The notes below the pieces were generated by a model. That model saw nothing but the letters and a program-made list of their open reading frames with translations. It made no database searches and was not told the origin of the DNA. The position numbers and the translations under genes were made by a program. A stretch of 64,000 nt of DNA. It comes from Lingula anatina (Eukaryota; Animalia; Brachiopoda). The DNA lies in assembly GCA_051362555.1 (NCBI GenBank), contig CM120643.1, positions 28,214,848 to 28,278,847 of the forward strand, given 5' to 3'. Below, piece after piece: positions 27,141 through 40,314 of the stretch. Position 1 is the first letter of the stretch. The number at the start of each line of letters is the position of its first letter.

Positions 27141-27898
27141 CGAAATTGTCGGTCCACGTAACAGAAAGTCCGCCCTCCATTTTGTAAGGTTAGGGTCACC
27201 TTGCGTAGGTGGGTCAAAATCTATTTCGAGACTTACCTCAAATGAATGGGAGACATACTCTCTGAAATGAAAAACTTTTTTGCCAATAATTTCTATCAGA
27301 GAGCGTGGTCATGACATAGAAATAGGAGCGTGTGTCTTTCATCTTGGAAATGATGTTCTGTTAATGAAATAATCTGTTATGTAATTAAAGTTGCTGTAAT
27401 ATTATTAACTTGGTATTTATTCCCCATTTGCAATTAATTTGTACCCGTCACAATAGAACACACACATATGTATATATGTATATCGCGTCTATTAATAATG
27501 TTTCATGCCAATAAGGCAAACATTACACATGCATTATAGATGTTGATGGTATATAATTATTCAAAATGAATTTGTTAGTTTACCTTGTAGTGAAAAAATG
27601 TACCTATCTCTGTCGAGGTAAAGGAAATAGAATACATTATTTAGCATATTAATGTCCAGGATAAGCATAGATGTACATGTTAATGTAAGATGCATTCAGA
27701 TAGGCCTGCGCTGTAATATATATGTAATTAATGCAGGGACCATTAGTTTTAACATTAATAGGATTTAAATGTATCATCTACACAGCTTTAAATAACTTTA
27801 ATGTAATTACATAAATGTTATAACCACGTATTGTTTGAGCAACACATAATAACTTTATCTGCTGGTTTAGAGTGAAACCGGAAAATGGTACGTTTAAT

Positions 27899-27987
27899 AT
27901 TTTAGTAAATAAACTAAGCTATCACTGGCAGATGGACAATTGTATTTTAGTAAATAAACTAAGCTATCACTGGCAGATGGTCAATTG
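27899..27987. repeat. Two-copy 45-bp tandem duplication
   Basis: ATTTTAGTAAATAAACTAAGCTATCACTGGCAGATGG(A/T)CAATTG occurs twice in tandem. Confidence 0.85.
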
Positions 27988-30365
27988 CTTGGTTTTCATC
28001 TCAAGGTAAATATTTAGTGTATCTTCCCCACCCGCGGGGGATTCATTGAGAGTTTAAATGAAACGTTTCTCCATAATCTTGTAGATTGATATCAAAGAGT
28101 GCGTCTTATAATTTCAATTCAATTTCAATTTCAATTCAAATTATTTCTTTACTGGCACATAGATTATAATGACCTTGTACAGTATAATATACTAAAGACA
28201 ATACAATCGGTGCTTTACCATTTCTCTGGTTGGTACTTGTGATGCCAGTTTGTGAATTAACAAATATAAAAAAAGCTGTGTGTTATTCTGTATAAGATCC
28301 GATGCACTCTTTTTTTGATGGTCAACACTCGCTTTTTAGAACTGATCTGCGTGTTTTATGTACGCCGAGCGCGATAAAACAAAATATTATAGGTAATATA
28401 ATAACAATATTTTCCTGATCAACACATTAATTCATGGGAATAATGATAAAAGTCGGGAATTTTCTTTTGAGAAGTGGTATGACTTAAATCATTAAAACTA
28501 TTTTTTATCATTCTGGAATTCAAACTACAGTAATGCTGCAAAGAAATCATGATATCATACACGTGTCACTATGGAAAAATATCGAGAACCTGAATAGAGC
28601 TAAGGATGTGGAAGATAACCATGCGCAGATGTGGTCAAACGATCTGTTTGTTGCGTGTTAAGTGTGTTGAAAAAAACATCTAGACTTGCTCTCAGAGGTT
28701 TCTCTGAGCCGATCTTACTTCAGTGAGTGAACACGAGATAAATTTTATCTAGACGAGGAAATTGTTTCATCAGTGCTGTTTTCTGCTTAACAATTTGCGA
28801 TTAAGTTGAGATAGTACCTCGTGCGTGAAACATCAGGGGCAGCATAGTTTTGTCTTCTATGGGAAGTGCAGTAGCCAATAAAAGGCCCTAGTTTTAGCTA
28901 AATACAATACTGGTCACCGAGCTGAACGTAGAAATTACGAGTGTATTGTCTCGCCTTCCTCTCGATAATACACCCGTTATATTTTACTTACATCTCGGTG
29001 ACTCATATCGTGACTTAATTCCAGCATAGAAGTATAAATTACGAAATCTGATAATTAGTGATATGGGAGTGTTGTTGTTCTAAAGTATTGTATTTGCAGT
29101 GATGGCGAGTGGCTTCGTCAGTTAACATTACTCAGGTTCTTTTTGTAAGGGATCAATGAGACACACGATATTAACAGTTAATCAACATATATTTTCTGTC
29201 TTTACTTAGAACAGAATAAGAAGAAAGAGTTGACACCATCACCTATACGTGTCAGGTGCGGGCAATTATTGTGTCATAAAATTAATTAAATCCAATTTTA
29301 CCAATTTTCTTGATCTGTAGTACTGTAAAAAATAATACTAAGCCGGGGGCCTTATTCTCAAAAGGTTGTAACTTACAAATTAATTACTTTCCGTATAATG
29401 AAAAACACACAGCTTTATTTAAACATAGATATAACACTTAGACCCTAATGATGTTGAAATGGGTACAGTATACCCTTAAGCCTTGTAAACTGAATGCCAT
29501 TGATTTAATGATCACTATGCAGTAGCGCTGATGGCTTTTCTGTAATGAAATATTCTTTAAACAATCACCAGTGTTGTTTTTGGTAAGTGTAATATCAATT
29601 TTCTTAAATATTATGACAACCTTGTTATAAGGGTATGACCATGACCTGTGGTGATCTTAGATATAGTTTCAAATGATCGACAATATGTCACTTAGTATGA
29701 AGCGATACTTTAAACATGTTACTGTGACATTGGCCGGGTTAAGAAAATGTAGACATGATGGCATTTTGTCCGATCTAAAAATGCCATGACCTTGGAAATA
29801 AGCTAATAACATTGACCTCTGGTGGCCTTGAAAGCAATTGCATATTAATCTCAGAACCTCACTTAGTAGGAAATTACATTTAAACATGCTTCTGTGACCT
29901 TGACCTCCAGTGACCTTGAAAGTGCTTGCAAAAGATTGGGTCTCCCTCACTTAGTAGGAGTTGATACTTAAAACATGTTTCTGTGACATTGGGAAACTGT
30001 CATTTAGACATTGTTTTTTTTTTTCTCCGAAAATGCATTGACCTTGTAATAAGGTCATGATCTTGACCTCCAGTGACCTTGAGACTAGTTTCAAAATATT
30101 GGGGATCCCTCACTTGGTAGGAGTTGATACTTAAAACATGTTTTTGTGACATTGGGTTCCCAAGTTATGGATTTCAAGTCCACCCACCCCATTCAGTAGC
30201 GGCCATGGTTGGATTTTTGTGGAAAATGAGACTTTGCCATGGTTGGATTCATAGGGAAATTTTTTGGGCTATATTGAGCATTCAACGGATCAGAATCAGT
30301 TGAGAAACCTTTGTCACCAATTTTTTCCAACCTCAAACGGGAAAATATGCTCGTTTACTGGCCTA

Positions 30366-31718
30366 TTATCGTTTCTAGCGGTAGGGCTCTACCAATACAT
30401 AGATGTTTGAAGGAAGTTTGCAAAAACGCACCTCATTTATATATAAGATAAAGGGACGTTTGCAAGAAATTTTATTTCGAATTTGCAGTAAATTTGAAAG
30501 GATATGAAAAAAGAAAGCTTACAAATTGCAAAAAGCTTGCAAGTGACAGACAGTTTGAACGGCCTTTTAGAACAATCGATGCTACTGGTTTTCAAGGAAT
30601 CAAACTAATCAATACAACAAGTACCTTATCCTATCATTTCCATCATCAATTTGACACACTGTAATTTATAAATGCATCACGGTTTGATAAAATGATGACC
30701 CAATTTTAAAGGTACTGTGTATATATTACATAATAACAGATTGCTTTTTCTTCACTGCCTGGGTAAGAGTAAGAGAGATGGTAAACAAACGCATTTTCAT
30801 TAGCCTTACTGATTGTTTCATATTTCCCTAAGCATTACACAGGTATCAATAACTGTTTCAAGAGGTAAGGCTGTATCAATGTACATTTGATCAAAATAAA
30901 TGCCCAGGAGACGAATTTTGCTATGTTAGTTTAGGATATTAATCCACCATTCCACAAGTTTTGACAATATGATGATAAATAGAAAGAATATTGCGTATCA
31001 AGTACAGAAAAAGAGAAAGATCAATTGCCTTCACTGTCATATTTATTATTAGAGAGGTTGTGAACAAATTAAATTTCCATTAGTCTTACTGGATGTTTCA
31101 TGTTTTCCTTAGCGTCATATACTGGTATCCATTACCATTTGAAGCAGTAGGGCTTCATCAACGCACAGTTGATATAGATAAATTGATCAATTATGCTAAA
31201 CATATGCTAAAATGCACAATAAGTGATAGATACAATACCAGTCCCCGGGCTGTACGTGATATATTACGAGTGTATTGTCGAGCCGCAGGCGCAGCAGTTT
31301 AGATACTGCAGAAGTTCCCACAAAACACTACTTCCCTCCCATCAGTGGCAGATTTAGAGGGGGTCAGGGGGGTCCTGACGTTGATGAAGCCCTACTGCTT
31401 CAAATGGTAATGGATACCAGTATATGACGCTAAGGAAAACATGAAACATGTTCTGAAAAATATATCACACCAATATTCCCCTCTTAAAATTAGAATTTTG
31501 ACTAGCTAAATCACAGTTTTAAATCATACCAAAGGGTACTGTTTGCTCTCCAAAACACCGATCCCTACACCAAGGGGGCGTTCCGTTGCGGACCCCCCCC
31601 CTCCAAATAACGTTTGAGAAAGGACTTGTTGTCATTGTTGTCTGATCCGTGGTGGGTGCTAGGATCCGATATTCAGATATTGGGCCCTAATTAGCTAGTA
31701 AGGAACAGGAGTGCAGCA
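30366..31718 (+). repeat. Relic of the SRCR upstream/promoter block
   Basis: Colinear matches to parts of 43130-45440 and 55890-58470 (e.g. AATTTTGCTATGTTAGT, GTATCAAGTACAGAAAAA, GAGGAACAGGAGTGCAGCA-like end). Confidence 0.8.
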
Positions 31719-32113
31719 ATCAACGTTGATTCTGCCACGTCAAAACACCGTCATAATGTGACGTTGACTCAACGTTGTATTTTGGTCATTGACACAACCT
31801 TGCAGACATGGATTGTAATTTAAAATATTAATTATTGAAAACGTGATATTTTGTTTATCAATACTGTAAATAACTTTATCAAAATAATAAAAAAGGTGTT
31901 TTAAAGTAAAAGTGAAAGTTGTTTTGCGTCTTTAGTAAACTTGTGAATTTTCTTAACTTGTTATTCACTAATACATTCCTATAAACTTCCTTGCAAGGTC
32001 AGCTGACACTAGAATGAATAAGTTGCTGTAAATATGATGGATTGAAGTTAATAAAGTTGACAGTTATCGGTACTCTGTTATAAATAGACAGGTTGAGGTG
32101 ACTGTAACTTTGT

Positions 32114-32178
<65 letters not shown>
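32114..32178. repeat. (TA)n(TG)n compound microsatellite
   Basis: Directly visible. Confidence 0.95.
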
Positions 32179-32182
<4 letters not shown>

Positions 32183-33085
32183 CATTCTTTGCTAGTGGTT
32201 ATTAAATGTTGAATATGTCCGAAAATTTCAAACTTTCTCTGGAAAGCTGTAATTTTGCAATGTGATAGCTACACCATCGCAGTTTATCATTTCATCAAAA
32301 GGTAAACAGCAGATGCCCTTTTTAGGGCACACAGGTGAGTTGAACAGCTATACCCACCAAATCAAAGACGCGTTACCCTGGGTAATATATTTTGCACAAA
32401 CTAATGTAAGTCTAATGGAATGTTTTCAGTTTTTGTTTAGATCATAAGGGGATGTTGTCTCAGTGCTTCAAAACTGGTTTTGAAGAATTCAATCAAGTTT
32501 CGTTCAAGGGCAGAGCGTTAAGGTAGAGTTTCATTATGTAAAATTAACAGGAATCAGGTCTTAACAGCAGTAGTAAAACTAAAGTGTAAAGTCACAGTTA
32601 TTCAAAACAACCGTCTCACCTGGTCGTCAGATATTATAATAATAGAAAAATTCGACCAGAACGCAGAAGTATGAGGATCGGCCACGTTTTACCGTTTATG
32701 TCCGATGGTGAATGATTTACCATTTTTGTCAAGTGGTGAATGAACTATTACTAGTTTTTTTGGGCGGTAAAAGGTTAGGACGGTGTAGCATGAAAATCAG
32801 ACTTCCGGAGTCATAATTTCATAGTGAAAATCTCACCTCCCCCTATGAAATTTGACTCCCTCCCACAAAACGTAAAATAAATCTTATTTTATCTTATTTA
32901 AATCTTATTTTATTTTAGTATATGACTTTTATATAGTAGTATGCATAATGGAGGATACATTGCCACTTTTTTTTTAGTTTGCAGGTGAAAATTTTCATGG
33001 GAAAATAAGAACATTTTAAAAAATGTGTATTTTACCACCCAGTGACTTCACTATGAAAAAGCTGTTTATTTCTCATGAACTCTTA

Positions 33086-33975
33086 GGGCCATTCCCATAG
33101 ATTTTAGATCGGTCTATCCCCGTAGGGAGTCTCACTAGATTAATCTCAGATAATCCGGCTTGATTGTCCGACCCGCCTACAACAAGCACCCTGAGCTTCA
33201 GAGATAACTTGACACTAACCTCTTCACAATAGCCTATCTTCATCGTGTCAAGTTACCTCTGACGAAAATAGTTTGACCTAGTTTATATAAGCCAATCGAA
33301 TCCATGTTTCAAAAATTTTCACCAAAGTTTGGTGAAAACGCTGATTGGTTGACCGTCAATCGGCAATCCTCGGCTGATTCCGCAAGCTCCATACTAACAA
33401 CAAAGTTATTGTCGAGTGCGGAGACATCCGAGTAGTACCGAGTGCATAACCGTACACAAAGAAAGCATGGCGTCTCCTACGAGTGACTACGTAAAATAAT
33501 GTGGTAAGTTATCTCTTGATTCTTTGCAAAATATGAGTATATCGGAATTGAAACCAGAGCAGTTTGAGGCCCTGCATCATTATCTACTGAGGGATGATGT
33601 ATTTTGCGTGCTGCCCACAGGTTACGGCAAGTCCCTGATATTCAGCCTTATCTTTGATTGGTCCGGATTTGAACAAAGCGCGCTTTGACTCGTTCGCGTT
33701 CATTGGCTAGATCGTTCAATGAGTCATTGAGTGCGGGCTTTAAATTTGATTGGCGGGCGGCGGGGGCAATCGAATGTGGTCAGAGGTAACTTGACACGAT
33801 GAAGATAGGCTATAGTGAAGAGGTTAGTGTCAAGTTATCTCTGAAGCTCAGGGTGACAACAAGCTGTAAGGGAGTAATTACCTTTCGTGCCCGATTGGCT
33901 GACAGCTATTTAGCGTGAACCCCCAGGGAGTTAGGTCGATCTAGTTGGATCTATCTTATCACTGGGAATGGGGTC
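33086..33975. mobile_element. Short PIF/Harbinger-like MITE (TTA TSD) hosting a nested element
   Basis: TTA|GGGCCCATTCCCA ... TGGGAATGGGGTC|TTA. Uninterrupted relative at ~46598-46812; another relative is split at 59657-62230. Confidence 0.6.
33187..33855 (+). mobile_element. Non-autonomous AcademH-like DNA transposon carrying the N-terminus of a RecQ-family helicase
   Basis: 77-bp TIRs (33187-33263 and 33779-33855, one mismatch) and direct repeat ACAACAAG on both sides. Internal frame 33533-33688 reads MSISELKPEQFEALHHYLLRDDVFCVLPTGYGKSLIF (RecQ Q-motif and Walker A). The empty site is seen in related host MITEs at ~46690 and ~62108. Confidence 0.8.
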
Positions 33976-34215
33976 TTATATGTTGTTAGTATCTTGTGAC
34001 TTCTCATCCAGATTATGAAACCTGTTAATGATTTGATTATATAATAAAGCTCTGTTCAATCAGTAAACCTGGTATTTCTAGAACTGTCTTTTATCAAAAG
34101 GATTTCTATTTATTTAATTAAACCCATAGGAATTCAACTGCCAATTAAGACAACTTAATTACCTGAAACCTTCTGCTACATCTATAGCTTAAATGCAATA
34201 TAATTGCTTTTGTAG

Positions 34216-34393
34216 CGACAGTGTTGCAACTGCAGTCAGTAGAGCTAAGTTTGGCCAAGGTTCTGGATCCATTCTAATGGACGAAGTGGCTTGTACTGTT
34301 GGTGAAGGATCCCTGAAAGACTGTCCCCACGAAGGATGGGGATCACACAACTGTGGGCACTGGGAAGATGCTGGTGTCCGGTGTTTGCCATAA
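34216..34393 (+). pseudogene. Orphan terminal SRCR exon (C-terminal half of an SRCR domain)
   Basis: [45 protein letters not shown], paralogous to exon 52048-52246 with an intact acceptor. No signal-peptide or N-terminal SRCR exon was found upstream in the window. Confidence 0.75.
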
Positions 34394-36534
34394 GAACATA
34401 TCCCCAAAGCATAATAATAAGCAACATTATGTTTTTGCTCTTGCACTGACTTGAAAATTTCAAAGTATCAGTGAAAAAAAATAACGATAAATGCCTGCAT
34501 GTTAAACGTGACAAATCCAAAATTAGATGTACCATGAATATAAACCCTCTGACATATATCACCTTGCCTCTTACCACTACTTTATCCGAGCTAAACACCT
34601 GTTTATATGCTCCTATTTACTTTTAATAAATCCAAAACGGCTGCCAAAAGATAGAAAAAAAAAAAACAATTCTACAGTTGGCTAATGTATTCAATCATTT
34701 AGCTTTTTAGACATACTGTAGAACTCATTACACAAAGATGTTTTCTGAACTGCATGTAGGTACCATTTAGTGTGCAACCATAGAAATACATGATTTCACA
34801 AAATAGCAGCCAAATCCAATAGAGAAATATAATTACCATTAAAAGTTTTTTTTTCGTAATACATTTTCGTTATACATTTTCCGCCAAATCCAATAAAGAA
34901 AATTCAAAATATAATTACCATTCAAAGTTATTTTCGTAATACATTTTCACGTCTGGTTTACAGTCGGTGTAAAGAGGAAGTATAAGGCAAGATGATACAA
35001 TCCACTAACCAGAAATATCAGACTAATGCAAATAAACAAGTCATTACCCAATGCTTGCGTTTTTATTCAGCTTCTTGATGGATTTGTTTCATTAAATTTT
35101 ACCAATAAAATTGTACGACCCATAAAATTTTGATCACTACCAACTTCCCGACCCAGTGGTAGCCAATACACACCCTACCACATAGCTGCTATTCGGTGAG
35201 TCCTGTCCACCAGTGGCAGATAATTCGGAATAAAGCTTCTCACCAACTTTCCTCCAAACCATTAACCCATCACTTCTGTCATCTGGGAGCAGTATCATTG
35301 TAAAGTCGTTGATTACCTGGTGTCCGCTTGGAATATCTGATACACCATCATAATCGCTGAAGACGGACAATTGCGGTGCCCATTGTTCTTCTAACGTCAC
35401 TCCTGCCTAAATAAATGTGGTTGTTCAGGTGTCAACCACCGGAAAACATATAATTTTTTTATTGTCAAGTCGTATACTTGAAACGTACACTACGAGTAGG
35501 GGGTATGGTCATTATCCAATCTCTGGGTGAGGCCTCATAGGTTAGCCTGACCCTAGCAATCTTGCCAATATTCCTGGTTGGTAATGACGTTGATTTTTCT
35601 GGAAACGTCCAGTATGTTGGCAATTCTGCAGTCCGAAAAGATAACGCTTTATCAGCTGTATGGTCAAAATTGTAACCTCACTTAAGAGCCATATTATTAA
35701 ACTTTAAAAGGCGTTTGGATATTTCAATGATCACGCTCATTTTCACGATGGTCCATTGCCTACTCATTAAGTAAATAAAATCGATGTGTACTGTTGTAGC
35801 AATGTACAGAAATAGAGTAACACATCTCTTGGAGGGGTACATGCAGTATGGTAATGTAAATTCAGGATGGAGCACCGTTCGGTAGCCTGTTAATACAGAG
35901 AAATTACAGTAACTCGTAGCTCGTGCAGTCGACCTGTTAATTCTGTCACAGACGATATCTGTACGCTTGTCCGTCGGGAACTTGCCAAAACCAATGTTGT
36001 CAGTGAGGGTTTATAGTTTTAAAACGATTGCCGGCTCATATCGTGAGATCTGCAAAATAAAACCTACTTAGCTGAGTGGTTTTTATTTCAAATTCAATTT
36101 TAAGAAGCACTTAAAGAAGTGCCCGCCCTCAAGATCTGTCGATTCTTTAGTCTGAAATCAGATGTCTGTCTTGAGCTGAGACCAATTTTTACCGTCTATT
36201 CTTGTTTACAGCGACCATATATCTGATATTTTTTAAAACTGCCTAACCGATAGAATCACCAGAGAAAGTTGCTGCATAGGCTTACTCAGCACAAAGCATG
36301 TGTAAAACACCATTGTGTTTGCTACGATGGTTACAAAAGAGACGTATGAATTTAACGGCATGTTAAATATTCTTTGCTTAAAATCCCATATTAAATGTTG
36401 CATGTATTTGAAAACTTAGCAAACGTATCTGAACAATTGGAGCATCAGCCATAATGACGTACCGTGAAAGGCTTTTGGCCTATCCATGTATACGTCAGCT
36501 GTGTCCGGGATCACTTATATATAATTATCTTTAA

Positions 36535-37206
36535 AGCCCCCGTCACACTTATTTGGAATCAGCAGGGACCAAGCAGAACCAACCGGAATGACTAAATTTA
36601 AACATTCATACTAAATTCGGGAAGAGATTTCAAATTGACCTAAATTCTTGTAAGAATGCCGTTGGAATACTCAGAATGCGCTTGAATCCGACTGGAATGA
36701 TTCTTGCACATTTCGGCTGTATTAGGTCTCAAATGCAGCTCGAATGTAGTTGGAAAACTAGGAATATCAATAATACTGTCAGAATGCAGTCAGCATATTT
36801 AGAATACACTTCAAATGCCATAGGAGTGTAGTTCAATTGCTGGCTGAAATAAGATCGAGATGCATTCGAGTTGCATTCCGGCTCATTCTAGCAGGATTTG
36901 AAGTGTCTTGCCATTTCGGTCTTTTCCTCGAATGTGATCAGAATGTTTCGAATGCTGTTGGAATGCCGTGAAAATGTTGAGAATGCAATTATAGCGCAGT
37001 AAGAATACTATTCAAATGCCTTTTGATAAGTTTCCATTTGGAACGACTTCGAAAGATTTTTACATAAGAAAAACATTCGGGCCAGCCACAAGAATGGGTA
37101 AAATATTGGGGAATTTTTAGAATGCTCTACGAATATTCAGGAACGTACAATGAATTGTCTTTCCGACGACATTCTTATTCATTCCGCCTCTAGTTTGACG
37201 GAGGTA
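36535..37206. mobile_element. PIF/Harbinger-like MITE with internal GAATGC/GCATTC degenerate repeats
   Basis: TAA|AGCCCCCGTCACAC ... GTTTGACGGAGGTA|TAA. Absent at the paralogous site ~54618. Confidence 0.75.
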
Positions 37207-38106
37207 TAAGATCCCATACGGAAAAAAAGGGATTTTGCACTAAAAATACGTTATTTCTTGCATCTAGATAAAGATTTTACATTAAAAAGAAACTGAACAA
37301 GATACTGTAACTTTCCCCCCCCCTCCGTTTTGCATTCCAATACAACATTTTCACCTAATCTCTTCAGAAATTCACTTTAGAAGGGTTAGCGGTTGCGTAC
37401 CTGCCCTCCACCTTTATTTGGTCCCCCCTACTACAATTATTTCCGTCAATTGCAAGAAACTTTAATCTAAAGATGACAAAACGACCGATACAGTGCATCG
37501 ACGATGCATGGAAGCCGCCATATATGATGCCACTTCATGCTGACCTACGCCGTACGCGAAGCTCGTGCTTCGCGCGACTGATGACGTCGCCGCGTCAGAG
37601 TATAAATAGAGTGGCGCGCTGTGTGAAAGGGAGCGTTTTACAGATTCGAGTAAAGTGAGAGCGTTTTTACATATTCAAGTACAGACTGAGACCGGACTAA
37701 GAAGAGAGTTATCAGTAAGCGTCAGGGCAGCCCCTAGGGGCTAGCCCACTCCATTTTCTTCTCATATATTTTAAGGGGGGTCTTATTTTAGAGATTTAAA
37801 TGTTTGGTAGATTGAACGGTAGATTATAACCGTTGCTAGATTGACGTAGAAGTTTTACGGAAACTTTATTCCCATGTAGCCCCAGTTTTCATTACTAACT
37901 AGAACAGTTTATACTGAGTCCGATTATGGACACAGACTAGTTAAGTTTGTTATTGCTACTGCAGTTGTTTTATTGACAGCAGTAACTATTTAAGTTCGTT
38001 ATTTTCACAGCCGTCCATTCCTTGACAGCAGTGGGTAGTTAAGGCTAAGCGTAGGACAGTTTTTTTATTTATTATTTCATTTTCGCTTATTTTCCTTTCT
38101 AACCAT

Positions 38107-38940
38107 TCCATGTTGTCATAAAATGACCACGTCATTCCAGTCATAGTTAAGTCATGTTGTCCTCGGAGACAACGTCAATTATTCTAGGTTGTCATCTAGT
38201 GACCACGTCATTCCAGTCATAGTTAAGTTTGGTTGTCTTTTAGGTACAACGTCATGTTGTCGTCAGAGACCACGTCAGTCATTCCATGTTGTCAACTAAT
38301 GACCACGTCATTCCAGTCATAGTTAAGTTATGTTGTCTTTTAGGGACAACGTCATGTTGTCGTCAGAGACAACGTCAGTCATTCCATGTTGTCATCTAGT
38401 GACCACGTCATTCCAGTCATAGTTAAGTTATGTTGTCTTTTAGGGACAACGTCATGTTGTCGTCAATGACAACGTCAGTCATTCCATGTTGTCATCTAGT
38501 GACCACGTCATTCCAGTCATAGTTAAGTTATGTTGTCTTTTAGGGACAACGTCATGTTGTCGTCAGAGACAACGTCCGTCACTCCATGTTGTCATCTAAT
38601 GACCACGTCATTCCAGTCATAGTTAAGTTATGTTGTCTTTTAGGGACAACGTCATGTTGTCGTCAGAGACAACGTCCGTCACTCCATGTTGTCATCTAAT
38701 GACCACGTCATTCCAGTCATAGTTAAGTTATGTTGTCTTTTAGGGACAACGTCATGTTGTCGTCAGAGACAACGTCCGTCACTCCATGTTGTCATCTAAT
38801 GACCACGTCATTCTAGTCATAGTTAAGTTAGGTTGTCTTTTAGGGACAACGTCATGTTGTCGTCAGAGACAACGTCAGTCATTCCATGTTGTCATCTAAT
38901 GACCACGTCATTCCAGTCATGGTTAAGGCATGTTGTTTGT
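38107..38940. repeat. Tandem array of ~8 x 100-bp units, each with three GTTGTC-N6/7-GAC(A/C)AC inverted sub-repeats
   Basis: GACCACGTCATT recurs at 38201, 38301, ... 38901 (period 100), with a shorter variant starting at 38125. Confidence 0.95.
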
Positions 38941-40314
38941 TTTAGATATAACGTCGTAGGGTCAGCTTCAGCGCTTGCGATGAAGCTTAGTTTAACTAAA
39001 GCGTAACCTAACGCTAGGTCCTTGTTTTGTGTTATCTACTAATGGAATCAGTGTCCAGTGTTACCCTAGTATATGGGGGGAGGATTTTACTGTACGCATG
39101 ATAAGTTGTTACGATAGTATATGGGGGGAGAGATTTAACCACATTTATCTAAAGTGATAAGACTGTGTATGGGAGGGCGGTTTTTAAGGAAATAATGTTA
39201 TGCACGCCGGCGAGCTATGTTGGCTATGGATGGACAAGGTCGGCATAGTGAGTCTTTCAGAGGGAGTTAGGGACCTCTTTAAATTTCTCTAGCTAGTGTA
39301 GGCAATGCTAAGATATAAAACCATTGTAAGAAGTAAATTTCATAGTTGAATAATCAGTGTTTAGCACAGTGCATAGTGGGAGAGCTACTCTCCGGTTAAG
39401 GTTACTAATCAACGTGATTTGAGTTTCTTTGAGTTAACAGTTGGCTGGGCGGAACCTCTTCAGTGTCTTCCGGGCCATGGGCTTATGCAGCATAACGGTC
39501 TGGGACCCCTTGGTAGAGCTGTGCCAAGGATGTTGCAATTATTGTGTATGACGACCCCGGGTGAAAAGCCGGCCGGGTCCGGGGCGCCATAGTAGAGCGG
39601 ACGTCCACTTGGGTCTGATGCCGAGTTCCAGCCCAAGAGTGTTCCTTCCGTGTGAAGGGAGTCGAGTTACCCCGTGTGAAGGGGCAGATTTTGCTTTTGT
39701 TTCTTTAGTTCAGTGTGTCCATCCGGAGGAGTCGAGTGGATGCCAGCCGACTGTGACCTTAGAAACGGAGACGTGGTGAAGATTGTCCAACCCCTGCCAC
39801 GGGACGTAAGGCCGTAGCGGGCCGATCCCTTACGGTGCTTCCCTGCGAACCCCCGTCCCCGCCCATGCGAGTTCGGAGATTTCACACGGAACAGACGGTG
39901 CTCAGGGAGTGGAAAATGTGGGCTTGTGATATGCGAAGATTAACCTTGCTCTTTCGGTGCCAACGATCACTGGTCCCGAGTCAAAGGGTTTCAGCGCCGC
40001 CAAGATCTCCACTGATTGGTTTGAAGGCCGCTGCGATCCCCCGCGCCCTCGTCACTGGTGACCGGAAAGATTGTCAGTATTGAGTTGGTATCACTTGACC
40101 CGCACCCTTGCGCATTTCTGGTAGAGAGTATCGCCGCATCCACATCAGAGCTGGTGAAGCTGGAACCGGGCTGTCGGGAGAGGGTGCACACCGAGAGCTG
40201 ACTTGGATTCCCCTAGCGACTGCGGCCGTGCGATGCGGTATGAACTCCCTACCATGAGGACATCATCTTGAAAAGAGAATTACAGAACGGACAGCACCAC
40301 GGAGATGAGTGACA

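Noticed and set aside
29630-30365. TGACCTTG-rich region as a nuclear-receptor enhancer
   Set aside because: The degenerate ~120-bp periodicity is typical of common invertebrate interspersed repeats; boundaries and family could not be fixed.
31905-31920. Isolated IRF-like site AAAAGTGAAAGT (another at ~27870)
   Set aside because: Single motifs not tied to an identifiable promoter; expected by chance in AT-rich DNA.
38107-38940. CRISPR array
   Set aside because: The apparent spacers repeat with a 100-bp period, there are no cas genes, and the context is eukaryotic. It is a tandem repeat inside a mobile element.
39230-39420. Possible Polinton/viral polymerase fragment (NNQCLAQCIV)
   Set aside because: Only a few residues among many stops; not supportable without a profile search.
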